NCBI RefSeq assembly: GCF_018350175.1
Contig: NC_058368.1
Span: 33,110,001-33,174,000, forward strand
Length of the DNA stretch: 64,000 bases
From: Felis catus
Taxonomy: Eukaryota
Direction: 5' to 3'
Shown here: one piece after another, positions 24,820-37,945 of the stretch
How positions within the stretch are numbered: position 1 is the stretch's first letter
Layout of the letters: each line of letters starts with the position of its first letter
Program-made: the position numbers and the translations under genes
Notes under the pieces: model-generated
Database searches by the model: none
The model's input: only the letters and a program-made list of their open reading frames with translations
Told to the model about the DNA's origin: nothing

Positions 24820-25258
24820 TTTAGTTTGCAGTGGCTACTATAACAAATTAGTACACTTGGTGACTTAAAACAACAAAAGCTTACTTTCTCATGGTTCAGG
24901 ATGCTAGATGTCTGAAATCAAGGTGATGGCAGAATTGTACTCCCCCCAGCCACCCTGCAAGCTGATGGGGGATGGTGGGGTGGGCAGGATGTGTTCCTTG
25001 TTCCTCTCAGCTTCTGATGGCTTTTGTCATTCCTTAGATGGTGGAATTGACACGCTCTTCTGCCTCCATTTTCACATCACCTTCCCCTCCATTGTCTGTG
25101 TCTTCTCTTTTTCTGTATCATATGTCCCTCCATTTTTTTTCTTATAAGGATGCTTATCATTAGATTTAAAGCCCGTGCTGGTGACTCCTGCTCCGAATGA
25201 GTTTACATTCACAAGTTCCGATGGTGAGGAGTGGACATATCTTTTGGTGGGACACTAT
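24820..25258 (-). mobile_element. MaLR LTR (MLT1B/C-like)
   Basis: 'ctataacaaatta..tggtgacttaaaacaaca..tctgaaatcaaggtg..cttataagga' MLT1 motifs. Confidence 0.8.
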
Positions 25259-27270
25259 CGGGTAGTTTTATGACAGCACAGTTCAGAGAGGATCAGGATT
25301 TGTTTTTCTTGTACAGGCTTTATACCAATCTTTTCATTTTTTTTCAATGTTGCACCAAATCCTCGTTTTAGAGGCATTTGTTACAGAATATTCTGGGTTC
25401 TAGGCCATACATTGTTTAATGTGATTTTTTTTTGTCACTATAGCCACGGTTCTTCTGTACTTCTGCTATGATAGTTACCCTCTTCCAACTGCTTTCCAGC
25501 TTCCATAATGTATTCATCCACACTTAGCTGCTGTCACCTTTTCTGATCTCCTTGTCATTATATTCAGTGACTCTTATAAATGTCCTTGTATGAGTATTTT
25601 AAGAAAGGTTTAACAGGAAGTTAGGGAAGTAGAGAATCATATACATTGTATTTTCTGTGCTCAAGTGGAGGAACTATAACTTATTTTACAAAATCATAAA
25701 CATTATAACATGTCTTTTTAATAGTATTGTCTTGTTTTTGTAAGTTTCAATGACACAAGAAGAATAATTATAATTTAAGGCTACATTTGGAACATAGGAG
25801 TAATGGTATACAGCTTTTTAATCTCCATGTATTAGTGAAGTGCAACAAGGTGGGTTTTGTTTTGCTAATTACTATCAACAGACATTAAATTCTCTAGAGC
25901 ATATAAATGTCTTGTAAAGATTATGAGTGCCCTTCCACTAAAGCTCTTTTTCATTCTCTGAAAGCATTTGGCAAATTTACTGTTTCATGAATCAGCAAGC
26001 TTTGACCCTGCAAATAAAATAATTAAAGGAGGGATTGTGTAAATCACCATTCATAATTAATGTTTTCTAAAAAACAGGTAGATCTGAAAATATTTGTCAG
26101 TCCAAATCCACCTAATGCATTTATATGAGTATCTTAGGTTATACATAGTACCTCCTAATTCATCTTGCTGATGTTTGTTTTCTCAAACACTTTAATGGCT
26201 GAAAAATGATCCATCAATTTGCTATCAGTTGCTCGGTGTGTGGTCAACTTGACCCAACTGAATAGTCTACAGTTCCATTAAGCTAACTAACTCAATAATA
26301 GTAAAAAAAAATAAAATACAGTAAAACTACATTTAAAGAAGTTAAAAGATTGCAATAATTTATAGAATTCATAATAGACTAGCGATCAGGATCAGTGTGT
26401 GTGTGGATCCCTCCTCATGTGCTATTGACTAAGTCAATCTACCTTCTGGATTTCAGTCTCTTTATTTCTAAGAGAAGAACATTTGCTTGCAATTTTGTAT
26501 CAGAGTCTAGCATATGGTGCATATTCAGAATTTTTGAATGAACACATTGCTGGTTGGAAGGATTAAATTGTGGATGAATTAAAGAATAAAATATATATTT
26601 TAAAGGTTTACTGAAAAGCCAAAAGCCATGAGGAGAATTTTTGCTAGGAGTTTGGACTTCTAAAATAGCAATCATTTTGTGCAAGCTGGCAAAACACTCA
26701 TTAAATATGAACCTATAAAATCCATTTATCCTTGAAAAGGAGGAAATGGTAGGGAACAGTTACCTTTTCTCTGCTGCATCTACTGATTTATTTACCAATG
26801 AACTACCGCAGACAATCAGAAAAGGACTCAGGGAAGAATTGAAGTCTCAACCTTCTATTTAGCTTTAAAACCCAGACTTCTCTCTATCATTTCTTCTTGT
26901 TATCTATTTTATGATCTTAGAACTCATAATACCCTGGGTAAACGGCATTCTAGTTGCATAGGATACTTAAAGAAGTTGTTTTGGGAATTAGATCATACAC
27001 TTTGAATTTTCAATTCTCTATTATGAAATGTACTTTAACTTGTACTATGGAGAAAACATTTACTTGTGAAATCCTTGGTACATAGGTACTCACAAAACAT
27101 TGAAAAAGATAGCAAATGCACTGCTCCACAAACACTGCTGACTTAGTATAATTTACTTTAGGTGGCTCGTTTATTTCATTAAAAAGTGGAAACAAATGCA
27201 TCCTTTTATTAGTCCATATCATTTTAGGGTGAACAAGGATATGACTTGAAAAATTATATAATGGTACATA

Positions 27271-27435
27271 TTTTTCTAGTTTATTTATTTTCAGAGAGAG
27301 AGGAAGAGGGAGAGCATCTGAAGCAGGTTCTGAACTATCAGTGCAGAGCCTGAGAAGAGGCTCAAACTCACAGACTGTGAGATCATGACCTCAGCCAAAG
27401 TCATATGCTTAACCTACTGAGCCACCCAGGTGCCC
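27271..27435 (-). mobile_element. CanSINE
   Basis: Ends 'ctgagccacccaggtgccc'; degenerate TSD beginning tggta. Confidence 0.9.
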
Positions 27436-27713
27436 TGGTATACATTTTTTTATATTAAAAAGAAATGAATAATATGAAAAATCAATATTAATTAATATGA
27501 AAAATGAAAAATAATATGAAAAAAGAAATGAATAAAATGAAAAAGAAATGAATAATAAATATATAAAATCTAGTAATTGAAACAGGCAATATAGTGAATG
27601 AAAAATGGTATACAAAGAAATGCCTAATATGCAGAACTCCAAAAGAGATACGCACATTAACTCTTTTTACAGAGAATATAATTACAGTGGCATACTTTTA
27701 AAAATAAGAATAG

Positions 27714-27951
27714 GGGGTCGCCTGGGTGGCTCAGTCGGTTAAGCAGCTGACTTCGGCTCAGGTCATGATCTCGAGGTCTGTGAGTTCGAGCCCCGCGTAG
27801 GGCTCTGTGCCGACAGCTCAGAGCCTGGAGCCTGTTTCAGATTCTTGTCTCCCCCTGTCTCTGACCCTCCCCCGTTCATGCTCTGTCTCTCTCTGTCTCC
27901 AAAACAAATAAACGTTAAAAAAAAATTAAAAAATAAATAAAAAATAAAAAT
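27714..27951 (+). mobile_element. CanSINE (first of a tandem pair)
   Basis: Full body and long A tail; TSD aaaaataagaatagg at 27700-27714 and 27952-27966. Confidence 0.96.
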
Positions 27952-27964
27952 AAAAATAAGAATA

Positions 27965-28181
27965 GGAGCACCTGGGTGGCTCAGTTGGTTAAGCGTCCTA
28001 TTTCAGCTCAGGTCACAATCTCGCGGTCCATGAGTTCGAGCCCCGCGTGGGACTCTGGGCTGATGGCTCAGAGCCTGGAGCCTGCTTCTGATTCTGGGTC
28101 TCCCTCTCTCTCTGCCTCTCCCCCATTCATGCTCTGTCTCTCTCTGTCTCAAAAATAAATAAACATTAAAAAAAATTAAAC
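27965..28181 (+). mobile_element. CanSINE (second of a tandem pair)
   Basis: Full body and A tail, followed by aaaaaagaata (degenerate TSD copy). Confidence 0.96.
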
Positions 28182-28429
28182 AAAAAAGAATAAAGCCTAA
28201 ATTAAATTTGCATATTATGATTACAATAGTTTGATGTTCAAAGAACACAATTTCAAATAATACAAATTAAATAATAGTTTATTTTCAAATGTTTATATTC
28301 CAATATTTCAAATATTTTCAAAGATCAATGATGCTTTAATTAATTTACTTTTGGATAGTTTCTGAATATTGCTGTCATCTATTTCTATCTCCCACAATAT
28401 TCGTCTTCATTCATATAAACATTAACTTA

Positions 28430-28680
28430 AAAAAACCATCTATTTGACGCCTACATTGTGCCGGTATCTAAGCACCTTCATATACCATCTCCATCTAATT
28501 TAGATTTAGAAGAAGTCACTATAAGATATAACAACTAATACCCTCAATTTGTATCCAATATGATTTTTTGCCAAGAGGTAATATAACCTTCTTGAGTTTA
28601 CATAGCAAAAAATGAACAAAATTAGGTCTTGATTCCAACCGTGACTGAATTTAAAGTCCAAGTGCTTAACTATTATTATC
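28430..28680 (-). mobile_element. MIR fragment
   Basis: 'gcctacattgtgcc..ctaagcac' and 'aaagtccaagtgcttaacta' resemble an antisense MIR. Confidence 0.55.
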
Positions 28681-28889
28681 CCTTATGAATTTACATTAAA
28701 TATTATAATTAGTGACATAATTGTGATAATACAAGTTGCTATGGATGCAGAAAGTAAGAGATAACTGCTTACAAGATTAGGCAAACATTTCATACTATAA
28801 GTGATATTTGCCCTAAGACTTGCAACTATAAAGGGAATTTTATCAAGCAGAGAAAGAGGAAGGGGTATCAAGAAATAAAAACAATGAGT

Positions 28890-29058
28890 CAGTAGTTCCA
28901 TACCTGCGTATATATCCAAAGGAATTAAAATCAGTATTCTGAAGAGATACGTGTACCCCAAGATTCATTGTAGCATTATTCATAATAGCCAAGATGCGGA
29001 AATAACCTAAGTGTTCTTTAATGGATGAGTGGATCAAGAAATTGTGACATACATATGT
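28890..29058 (+). mobile_element. L1MA-like ORF2 3' fragment
   Basis: 'tatatccaaaggaattaaaatcag..ttcattgtagcattattcataatagccaaga..atggatgagtggat'. Confidence 0.85.
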
Positions 29059-30097
29059 AGAAAGATAGGTATCAGTTGTAGTTGTCCTTTTTAGAATTTT
29101 ACCCAAACCTCTTCATTACTACAGGTATCCATGCCAAGGAACCATGTGATAAATATTTAAATTGTTATCACTCTGAGTGTATATTTCAAATGTGTAATTT
29201 TAGATGGTGCAGTTGAGGCCCTATGCCAAAGGAAAACATTATAAGTGAAAGGGATCAGTCCTATTTTCTTTAAATTGCATGGAAATGCAGCTTGCTAAAT
29301 TATCAAAACAGAATTTTCATCCTAATTATAGTCCCTACTAAGGAAAGACTATGCATTCTAAATTGGACTTTGTGTTTTGAACATTTAGTCGTATAACATT
29401 ATGAAATTTCCTAACGACTATTTGTTCATCACATTTTAAAAAAACCTTTGATAAAAATATATGAGAATGACATATAACATAAACTATTAACTATCATTGA
29501 CATAGAGACATCATACTTTCTACCTGAAATAACATATTTAAAAACATGCCAATTCTTATATAAGTAGGGAGATAGGTAATCATAGTTTTGGTTTCTTATT
29601 TCTTTTGATAAACATCCCATAGACTCAGTAGTAAAGAAAACATGCCTTACTTGAAAATATTAGAATTTCAAGTAATAAAAATTTGAACTTTTTCTTATAC
29701 CAAAATAAAGTCAACAATGACCACAGATTAAGGGAATGCCAAAAACTCAGTGAACTTCATAGATATCTGGTAGGTTTGCCAATTGTTGGCAGGTTTCTCT
29801 TGACCACTGTAGTGAATTTATTCTGTCAAATACATCACCATTGGAAGCTTAATTTTCTTAATCAATGGAATTCCTAGTTATTAGTTTCAGTGATTTCACT
29901 AATACTGTGTTTTGTCGTCACCAGAGTCACCAATCTGCAGCAAAGCTGTGTGTTTTCTGCTGGCTACTGCCATATGGTACTTCAAGACATTCTATTAAAT
30001 GGTGGACATGCCCAGATATAGCATATAGTCTCTCTCTTCATCTATCCTCAACCTCATTTTATAATCCCAATACAATTTATTTAGAAATAAGGCGCAT

Positions 30098-30301
30098 GGG
30101 GCTCCTGGATGGTTCAGTCAGTTAAGCATCCGACTTCGGCTCACGTCATGATCACACAGTCCCTGGGTTTGAGCCCTGCATTGGGCTCTGTGCTGACAGC
30201 TCAGAGCCTGGAGCCTGCTCCTGATTCGGTGTCTCCCTCTCTCTGAACCCCTCCCCCTCTCATGCTCTGTCTCTCTCCAAAATAAATAAACATTAAAAAA
30301 A
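30098..30301 (+). mobile_element. CanSINE
   Basis: Full body and A tail; degenerate TSD tagaa(a/g)taagg. Confidence 0.95.
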
Positions 30302-30639
30302 GTTTAATAGAAGTAAGGGGTCATTCTTACAATTTTGGGATTCCTAGTAAACTAGCGCATTAATTTAGTAAATAGGAATAATCATCTCATTTTAAATGAA
30401 TGAAACTTGAGAGTGAAATATTCCGTGTGTGGACAAGGATACTTACTGATCCACTAATATTTCCTTTATACCCCTATATTTTGTGTTTTCACCTAATGGT
30501 TTTGATTTTTTAGCTCCTCCTGATGACAGAAAGCAATACAATGACTATGCCTTTAACATCAAATTTAGAGTCAAAATCATTTCAGTAGTCTACATGCTCT
30601 GGATTGCTTGACTCCTCTCACTTTATAGATCTTATTTCC

Positions 30640-31020
30640 TATCTCTTCCTTCCAGTAGACATACCAGCAAGGTAGATATCCCTGGAGCATACCAGCTGTA
30701 CTTTATCTGTTCCCTGAGCCTAATCTCCTTTTCCACCAGATATTTCCAAGACCATTCCCTCAGCTTTCTTTTAATCAGATGTCATGCTTTTAACATCAGC
30801 CCCATGCTGTCACCCAGCTCTCCATCTTTGCTCTATTTGTCACCAGAACACTTCTTCTTACATGATATGCATATGTATTATATATTTACTTCTTTGTTGC
30901 GCTTCTCTAAATAGATCACAATTTCCATGAGGACGGATTTTATTTGCTTTATTCATTGTGCTAGTCCCAAAGCGTAGGCAGTGCCTCTCACAGAGTATCT
31001 ATTTAATAAACATTTGCACT
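30640..31020 (+). mobile_element. L2 3' end
   Basis: 'ttccatgaggac..tttattcattgtgc..cagtgcct..aataaacatttg' resembles an L2 terminus. Confidence 0.6.
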
Positions 31021-31057
31021 TAAGTAATTTCCATTATTATTACTTTTCCTTTTTATT

Positions 31058-31102
31058 TCTCTGTCTCTCTGTCAAAATAAATAAACCTTAAAAAATTTAA
31101 AA
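31058..31102 (+). mobile_element. 5'-truncated CanSINE tail
   Basis: 'tctctgtctctctgtcaaaataaataaaccttaaaaaa' is the SINE (CT)n plus tail without the tRNA head. Confidence 0.7.
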
Positions 31103-32606
31103 ATTATTATTTGGGGCAGAACCCCGGTGACCCCTGTGTAATTAGATGCTGCCTATTATCTGTCATCTTTTCCAATATCGCATAGTTTATGTTGTATTAT
31201 TTTTAGGAAGTTTCAAACGTGTGTCTTGAATCTTTTGGCGTCAGTTTGCACAGACTTTGGTTCAATTGTCCCTGTGGATAACTCTCTTTATTATCTTTTA
31301 GTGAGGAGAAAGAAGGTGCCTTCTTCCTAGAATTCAAATAATTCAGAAAACGAGGAGTAAAGGCGTAAAGCACTAATGTTAGAAATAATTTATATGGATA
31401 CTTATCCCTATTATTTTTATAGCCATTACTTCAGCTTTTAAAATAAATTTTAATGAGTTCTCTGCTCACTATTGCTTCTTACATCCCAGCCTTGCCTTCT
31501 GATTTCACGTCTCTTTTGGCCGGTGCGTATCTTTTAATAGTTCTTTCAGTGCATGTCTGTGGGTTATAAACATTCTGAAAGTGTTCATGTCCAAAATTAG
31601 ATTTACATCACCCTAAATCTCAAATAATAACATAGTTATTAGATGGATACTATGTATGTCACCCTTCTTCAGTATTAATTATACATCCCCCAAATTCACG
31701 TATTTCATATATGGTCAGTGTCAGAGACAACTTTTTTTTTTTTAATTGAAGTTTAAGAGTCAAATATACTTGTATTGAGAGCATACCTTATTCATTTACA
31801 TTTTAGTAAGACCTATAATTGAATGTAGTTCTCATTGAATCTAACATTTCCTGGGTTGCTAGATAACTCCTATCTAACTCTTCATTCCATACCACTGATT
31901 TCTAGGACCGATGCAAAACTGTCTCTGTGGAAAGTTAACCGTATGCGTGTAGTAGCTCTACTTATCCCTTCCTTAGGTTATTTTATTATTACTATTTTTT
32001 TTGCAAAGTCTTCCTCTGAGACTTTTATATATAGATAAAAGTTCTTTAGAAGATTATCTGAGTCTACAGATATCTATACATAACTGATTTGACTTCTCAC
32101 CCCATTCCCTTTGTATATCTTGGCATTTAGATGCATTCTGTGATATTTTGTTTTACGATTAAAAGGAATAAAGTTCATTTCAACTTGTAAAATTCATGCT
32201 ATGCAAAGGCATATATGCCTTAATTTAAAATGTTTTATTTAGCAAACCATAACCCACTATATAAAGAATGAATATGATTCTAATAATGATAATGTCTGCC
32301 ACTTTATGTTCTATTTTTTGGCCAGTGTACTAGTTTTATACATATACCACCACTTAAGAAGTTGACTTAAGTTTTGCCGACATAAAATGAATTACCAGTG
32401 TAATGTTAGATATTAAAATAGAGTTTAGAACTCATATCTGCTTGGAAAACACTCCCCCTTTCTGCTCTATACTGACACGTCATATAATATCAATTTTTAC
32501 CTTAAGTATGTTTATAAAAATAAAAAAAATATGTATTAGAAATACAGGAAATGAAATTCCAGGGAAGGTCTATTTTTTTCATAGTTTTAAGATTCTGCTT
32601 AAATAT

Positions 32607-32820
32607 TTTTATTTATTTTTTAACATTTATTTATTTTTGAGAGAAAGAGACAGAGCATGAACAGGAGAGGGGCAGAAAGAGAGGGAGACACGGAATCTGA
32701 AGCAGGCTCCAGGCTCTAAGTTGTCATCACAGACCCCAACACAAGGCTCAAATTCATGAGCGGTGAGATCATGACCTGAGCTGAATTTGTACTCAACTGA
32801 CTGAGTCACCCAGGCACCCC
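32607..32820 (-). mobile_element. CanSINE
   Basis: Full reverse body; TSD core taaatatt. Confidence 0.95.
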
Positions 32821-33827
32821 TAAATATTCTTAATAATAACCAATTCCTCTATTGTATACTACTATTTTTTGTGCTACATTGAATTTACAAAACAATCAAT
32901 TGCAATGTTTGTGTTTTACTGTTGGCATGAGATTATGCTTAGTATTATGAAGAGAAGAAAAATGTTGAGATGCAGTTCCTCCTCCTTGGTCTCGAAAATC
33001 CAATAGAGAAGTTGCTATTATAGGGTAGGATAAATAGGACACAGGCACCTAAAAAAGATTTGCTAACCTTATAAGCAAAGCTATTTAATGGTATTTTACC
33101 AAGATGCAGTAATGGAAGTACAACAAACATAATGACTTACTTCTCTTCTGAAGTTTTGTTACAATTTTGGTTTACAAAACCAGAAACCCCAGAGTCTATT
33201 CTTAACTCCAACAATTTGATAGGTAGAGACAGCTCCATTTCATAACTGGGAGTATCCATTTAGCTCTGTGTTTCTGAGTTTAGGCCATTGTCCCTTGTTC
33301 CCAGTATGAGGTACAAACTTGCTTCCTGAAGTTCTAGGACCTCTATTTCTGGATGATTTTCATTCTGCTATAAATTCTCCTCAGGAGAACCATCTATGCA
33401 CAGGATGATGTATCCAAAGCACTGATAAGCCAATTAAAACACTAAAATATTGAGTGTTATATTGATGCATCTTAAATATATGGAAGATGAAACTGCAGAA
33501 TATTTTTCATGCTTACCAGTGGAGTGCCTTTCATCTTCTCTCCTCAAAGCTAAGTTTGAGACTAGCTAAATGTTGCAAATATTCCTTTGCATACATAGTC
33601 TTTTGACTTTCTGGGAAAAAAATGCAAATATTCTAATAAAATAAAATAATTTGGAGGTACTGAAAATCTAAAGTACAAATTTAGAGAAAAATGAACAAAG
33701 TAACAAAACTGAACTTTTCATGAGCGCATTTTGATTAATACCTGCATTTTTATCAAAATACAAAATTACCTTTTATCCATTTACTTGACAGCATAACTAA
33801 TAGACCCATCAAAATGTCTTAAACAAA

Positions 33828-34016
33828 GGGGCGCCTGTGTGGTTCAGTCAGTTGAGCGTCTGACCTTGGCTCAGGTCACAATCTCACAGTTCATGGGTTC
33901 GCGACACACGTCAGGCTCTGTGCTGACAGCATGGAGCCTGCTTCAGGTGCTCTGTCTCCTTTTCTCTCTGCCCCTCCCCCACTCATGTTCTCTCTGTCTC
34001 TCAAAAATAAATAAAC
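33828..34016 (+). mobile_element. CanSINE followed by a CATA/GAAT/GCAT tetramer tract
   Basis: ggggcgcctgtgtggttcagtcagttgagcg head; (CT)n and aaaaataaataaa tail. Confidence 0.93.
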
Positions 34017-34182
34017 AGCAATCAATCGATAAATTTATGCATACATACATACATGAATGAATGCATGCATGCAAACATACATAAATATGTACTTTTTCCT
34101 TGAGTCTCATCTTAGTTCTTGTCCCACGGAATATAGGAACTCTTTACAAGGCTCAAATAATACTCCAGACGAGGTAAATTGA

Positions 34183-34395
34183 TTTTTTGTTTTATTTTTT
34201 ATTATTTTTTAAGTTTATTTATTTTGAGAGAGAATGCAAGTGGGGGAAGGACAGAGAGAGAGGGAGAGAGAGAATCCCAAGTAGGCCCGGCACATCAGTA
34301 CAGAGTCCCTTGCGGGGCTCAATCCCACTAACTGTGAGATCATGACTTGAGCTGAACCAAGAGTGGATGCTTAACCGACTGAGTCACCCAGATGC
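34183..34395 (-). mobile_element. CanSINE (older)
   Basis: 'gtgagatcatgacttgagctgaacc..gcttaaccgactgagtcaccca'. Confidence 0.9.
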
Positions 34396-34744
34396 AATAA
34401 ATTTAAAGACACATTCCCCACAAGAAAATCATCATGTAATTTGATTTTTTAAATGATTTATAGTGAAATGAAAAATATCTCATTAGAATGATGACATTGG
34501 GAAAGAAGAGATAGATCAACAAAACTTTAGGCATGAAGTCTTATGCTTGGTTTATGGGAAGATTTAGATGATATATTTAAAGATTGAAGTCTGAATTCTT
34601 CCTGTAAAAATTATATTATCTCTGATATGAAAAACAGAAAGAATTTATCTTATGTAAATGATGTCAAGTGTTAGGTTAAATTTGAGGACCATACAAATCA
34701 TGTAGGAATGAGTAATCAGAACTGGAAATCAATAATTGAGAGTT

Positions 34745-34927
34745 TGTATTAGGGTTCTCCAGAGTAAGATAACCAATAATATATCTAATTTATATTTAAT
34801 ATAATTTTGATATATATTTATAGTTATATATAGTAATAATATATAACACTATATATATATGTGTGTGTATATATATATATATGTGTGCGTGTATATATAT
34901 ATATATATATATACACGCACACATATA

Positions 34928-34973
<46 letters not shown>

Positions 34974-35374
34974 TTCACATGATTGATATTATTATGGAGC
35001 CTGAGAAGTCGCATGATCTGCCAACTGCAAGCTGATGACATAGGAAAGCTAACAGCATAATTCCAGTCTTAGTCTACAGGCCTGAAAAACACAAAGTCAG
35101 TGGTCTAAATCTTGGTCTGAGGGCAGGAGAAGACCAATGTTCAGCTGAAGCAGTGAGTCAGGAAGAAAAAATGAATTCCTGTCTCTTCTGCCTTTCGTTG
35201 GATTCAGGCCCTTAAGAGATCAAATATGCCCATACACGATGGGAAGGGTCATCTACTGAGTCTGCTAATTCAAATATTAATCACATCTAACAATACTGTC
35301 ACACACACACATCCAAAAATAATGTTTCTGGGCCCCCTATGACACAGTCAGATTGACATATAAAATTAACCATG
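34745..35374 (-). mobile_element. ERVL LTR (MLT2-like) with an internal (TA)n/(TG) microsatellite
   Basis: Starts 'tgtattagggttctccagag', ends 'ttgacatataaaattaaccat', the antisense MLT2 termini. Confidence 0.85.
34850..34971. repeat. Compound (TA)n/(TG)/(CA) microsatellite
   Basis: Read directly from the sequence. Confidence 0.95.
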
Positions 35375-36509
35375 TAGAGTTGTATTCACCCAGGTTAAAA
35401 AAAAAATGAAAATGAATGACGTCACTACTTTGAGGATCTGAGATGAAGAGATTTTTACTTGAAATTAGGAAACTTTTACCTTTGTAGGATATGAGAACAA
35501 AGGAATCCAAAAGGAAAAGGAAGAGTGGTTTTAAAATCAAAATTAAAATCCCTCAAAAAAAATTAAAAAATTCAATAGAGATTTGTAATATAACTTTCTG
35601 TAAATGTATCCCTGTTGAGTTTGCACAAAATCATGAGCAATACCAACTCCGTTTGAATTCATACGATGTCTTAGAAATTCTCAGAATTCAACATACATCC
35701 TTACATACTCATTAGTTAGGAACTGAGAATATTCTTATGCAAACATGTGCCTACCTTCACTGTGGCTCATGCAGTTTACCATGTTATCCCAACCAACACG
35801 CAAATACCAAGAATGCGACAGACTTTAAACTATGGAAGTGGCAAAAAGGGTGCGTTTGCCCGTGCAGTCTCTTTGCTGCAAATAAATTTTTGGCATCCTT
35901 TTTTATCCTCTCTTATTTCATTCAGCAGTTCTGGGTCACCCTTGGTCCTGATCCTGTCTGATTACTAAGCAGATACAGTGTTCAGCACTCCCTGTCAGAT
36001 GTTGCTGCTATTTTCCCAGTGGGTGCACCCTGTGACCCTGACAAAGATTCATCATACCACTGATCCCTTTGATTGCTGTGCTGATTTCTATGATTGTTGC
36101 CATCTGCTATACATATAAACAACATCAACAACAACAAAAAAGAAAACGAGGGAGAAAAACAACTAACGAAATCACTCTAAACGGAAGTAGCCCAAATTGT
36201 GTATCTTGTTTGTTGCATCTCACAGACTGGAAATGAATTAAACAGTCTAAAAATCTAAGAGTTTATAAAAATTAAGGTACATTTTAAATATGTTAAACTT
36301 TCATGTATGACAACATATAATTGTAATTAGCTTTAAGGCTTAAAGGACAGATAGTTATCTTCACCTCTATACAATTCACAAAAGCAACGCAAAAGAAATT
36401 GAAATTCTAAAGAATAGCATCTCCATGAAAAATTATAATACATTTTTTATAATATGTCTGAGTTCCCTGACATATTGAATTAGGCAATGGCCTTACAATT
36501 TATGCATTT

Positions 36510-36695
36510 ACATATACACACATATATATACACACACATATATATATACGTATATATGTATACATATATATGTATATATATGTGTATACATATATATGTA
36601 TATATGTGTATACATATATATGTATATACATATATATACATATATACATATGTGTGTATACACATATATGTATATATGTGTGTATATATATACAC

Positions 36696-36744
<49 letters not shown>

Positions 36745-36752
36745 CACACACA
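36510..36752. repeat. ~240 bp compound (TA)/(CA)/(TG) alternating purine-pyrimidine tract
   Basis: Read directly; explains the cluster of YI/HT-rich ORFs at 36480-36814. Confidence 0.97.
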
Positions 36753-37789
36753 TATTGTTTCACTTAAGACTTAAACATCGAGAGAACATTATCATTCCAC
36801 ATATAGTTAAATAATCAATGATTTTGGTATTCCAAATAATCTTAATGTCACATATATAAAATATCAAAGCTAGTATACCGTTCTGTTTTCTACCTGCAAC
36901 CCAGTAAACTTTCCATCATAAGACAATGATACATATCCCTATACAATTCACTTTTGTTTTTGTTTTACAGAATTTAGGGCTTTTCTACCTCCTAATTTGT
37001 TTTGAAACTGAAATCATAAAATAGAAAGAATTCTTTAATTGAACTACCACTATCATGTGATATGAAACTAAAATGAAAACTTAGAGTTTGCTTGCAAAAT
37101 GGAGGGGATGACAATGTATTGTTTTCAAAGCACAAGGAAATATCTTTGACATGAAGTGTTCCTTAACTTTTATATGTATTAAAATATGTTCTTATAAATA
37201 ACACTAAGATTTTAGAAGATTAAGTGTGTAGAATTTGTTTGCATTTGCGGGTATATTTTTATGCTTACTCTTCTTTTAATGTGCATTCATTATCTGCAGA
37301 GGGTAAAATAGTTTGTCTAGTGAATTAAATAGAAAACTGTTAGAAACAGTAATAAAATGTAATAAGGTAACCAGTCACAAAAGTAACATATCAAAATGAG
37401 GTTATCCTATATACAAAAAAGTCACATTTACAAATTTAAAATACCAGAGATTTCCTAAAAACTAGGAATAAACATAATAAAAGTTCTAGTGAGGGCCTGA
37501 AAAAGAAAGTTAAATAACTGTAAAATGAGAACACGATTTCTTAAAGCTTATTCTCTTTGAGTATCTCAAATAAATGGAATTAAAGTTAAAATAACAGAAT
37601 AGTTTTATAGATTTACAGATTGGTAAAAATATTTGAAAAATGACTATTTGAAAACTTAATAGTATAAAAATAAACAAAATAGTTGAAAAGCAAAAGCAAC
37701 TAGTCGGAGAGCCCATGATATAAATCACATTAAGTCTCACTTGAAGATTAAAATTGATTAGTGTTGGAGATGATTTAAGTAAATGCTTC

Positions 37790-37945
37790 TCCTTCTTAGA
37801 AATATCAAGTATGTTTTTAAAATATCAAGGTCTAGCAACACCATAGGTTAATTAAATCAGGAACACTTAATGTTAAGCCCAGGCAACATTACTTTTTTTT
37901 CTCCCCAAATTTCTCTCCCCTCCCAATTGATTCTAATGTGCAGGG
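37790..37945. mobile_element. MER5A-like hAT-Charlie relic
   Basis: 'attaaatcag..gcccaggca..tgattctaatgtgcag' motif. Confidence 0.5.

Noticed and set aside
27455..27560. Degenerate A-rich repeats (aaagaaatgaataa)
   Set aside because: Low-complexity slippage sequence with no further structure.
36480..36814. Cluster of overlapping ORFs on both strands
   Set aside because: Artefact of a stop-free TA/CA/TG microsatellite.
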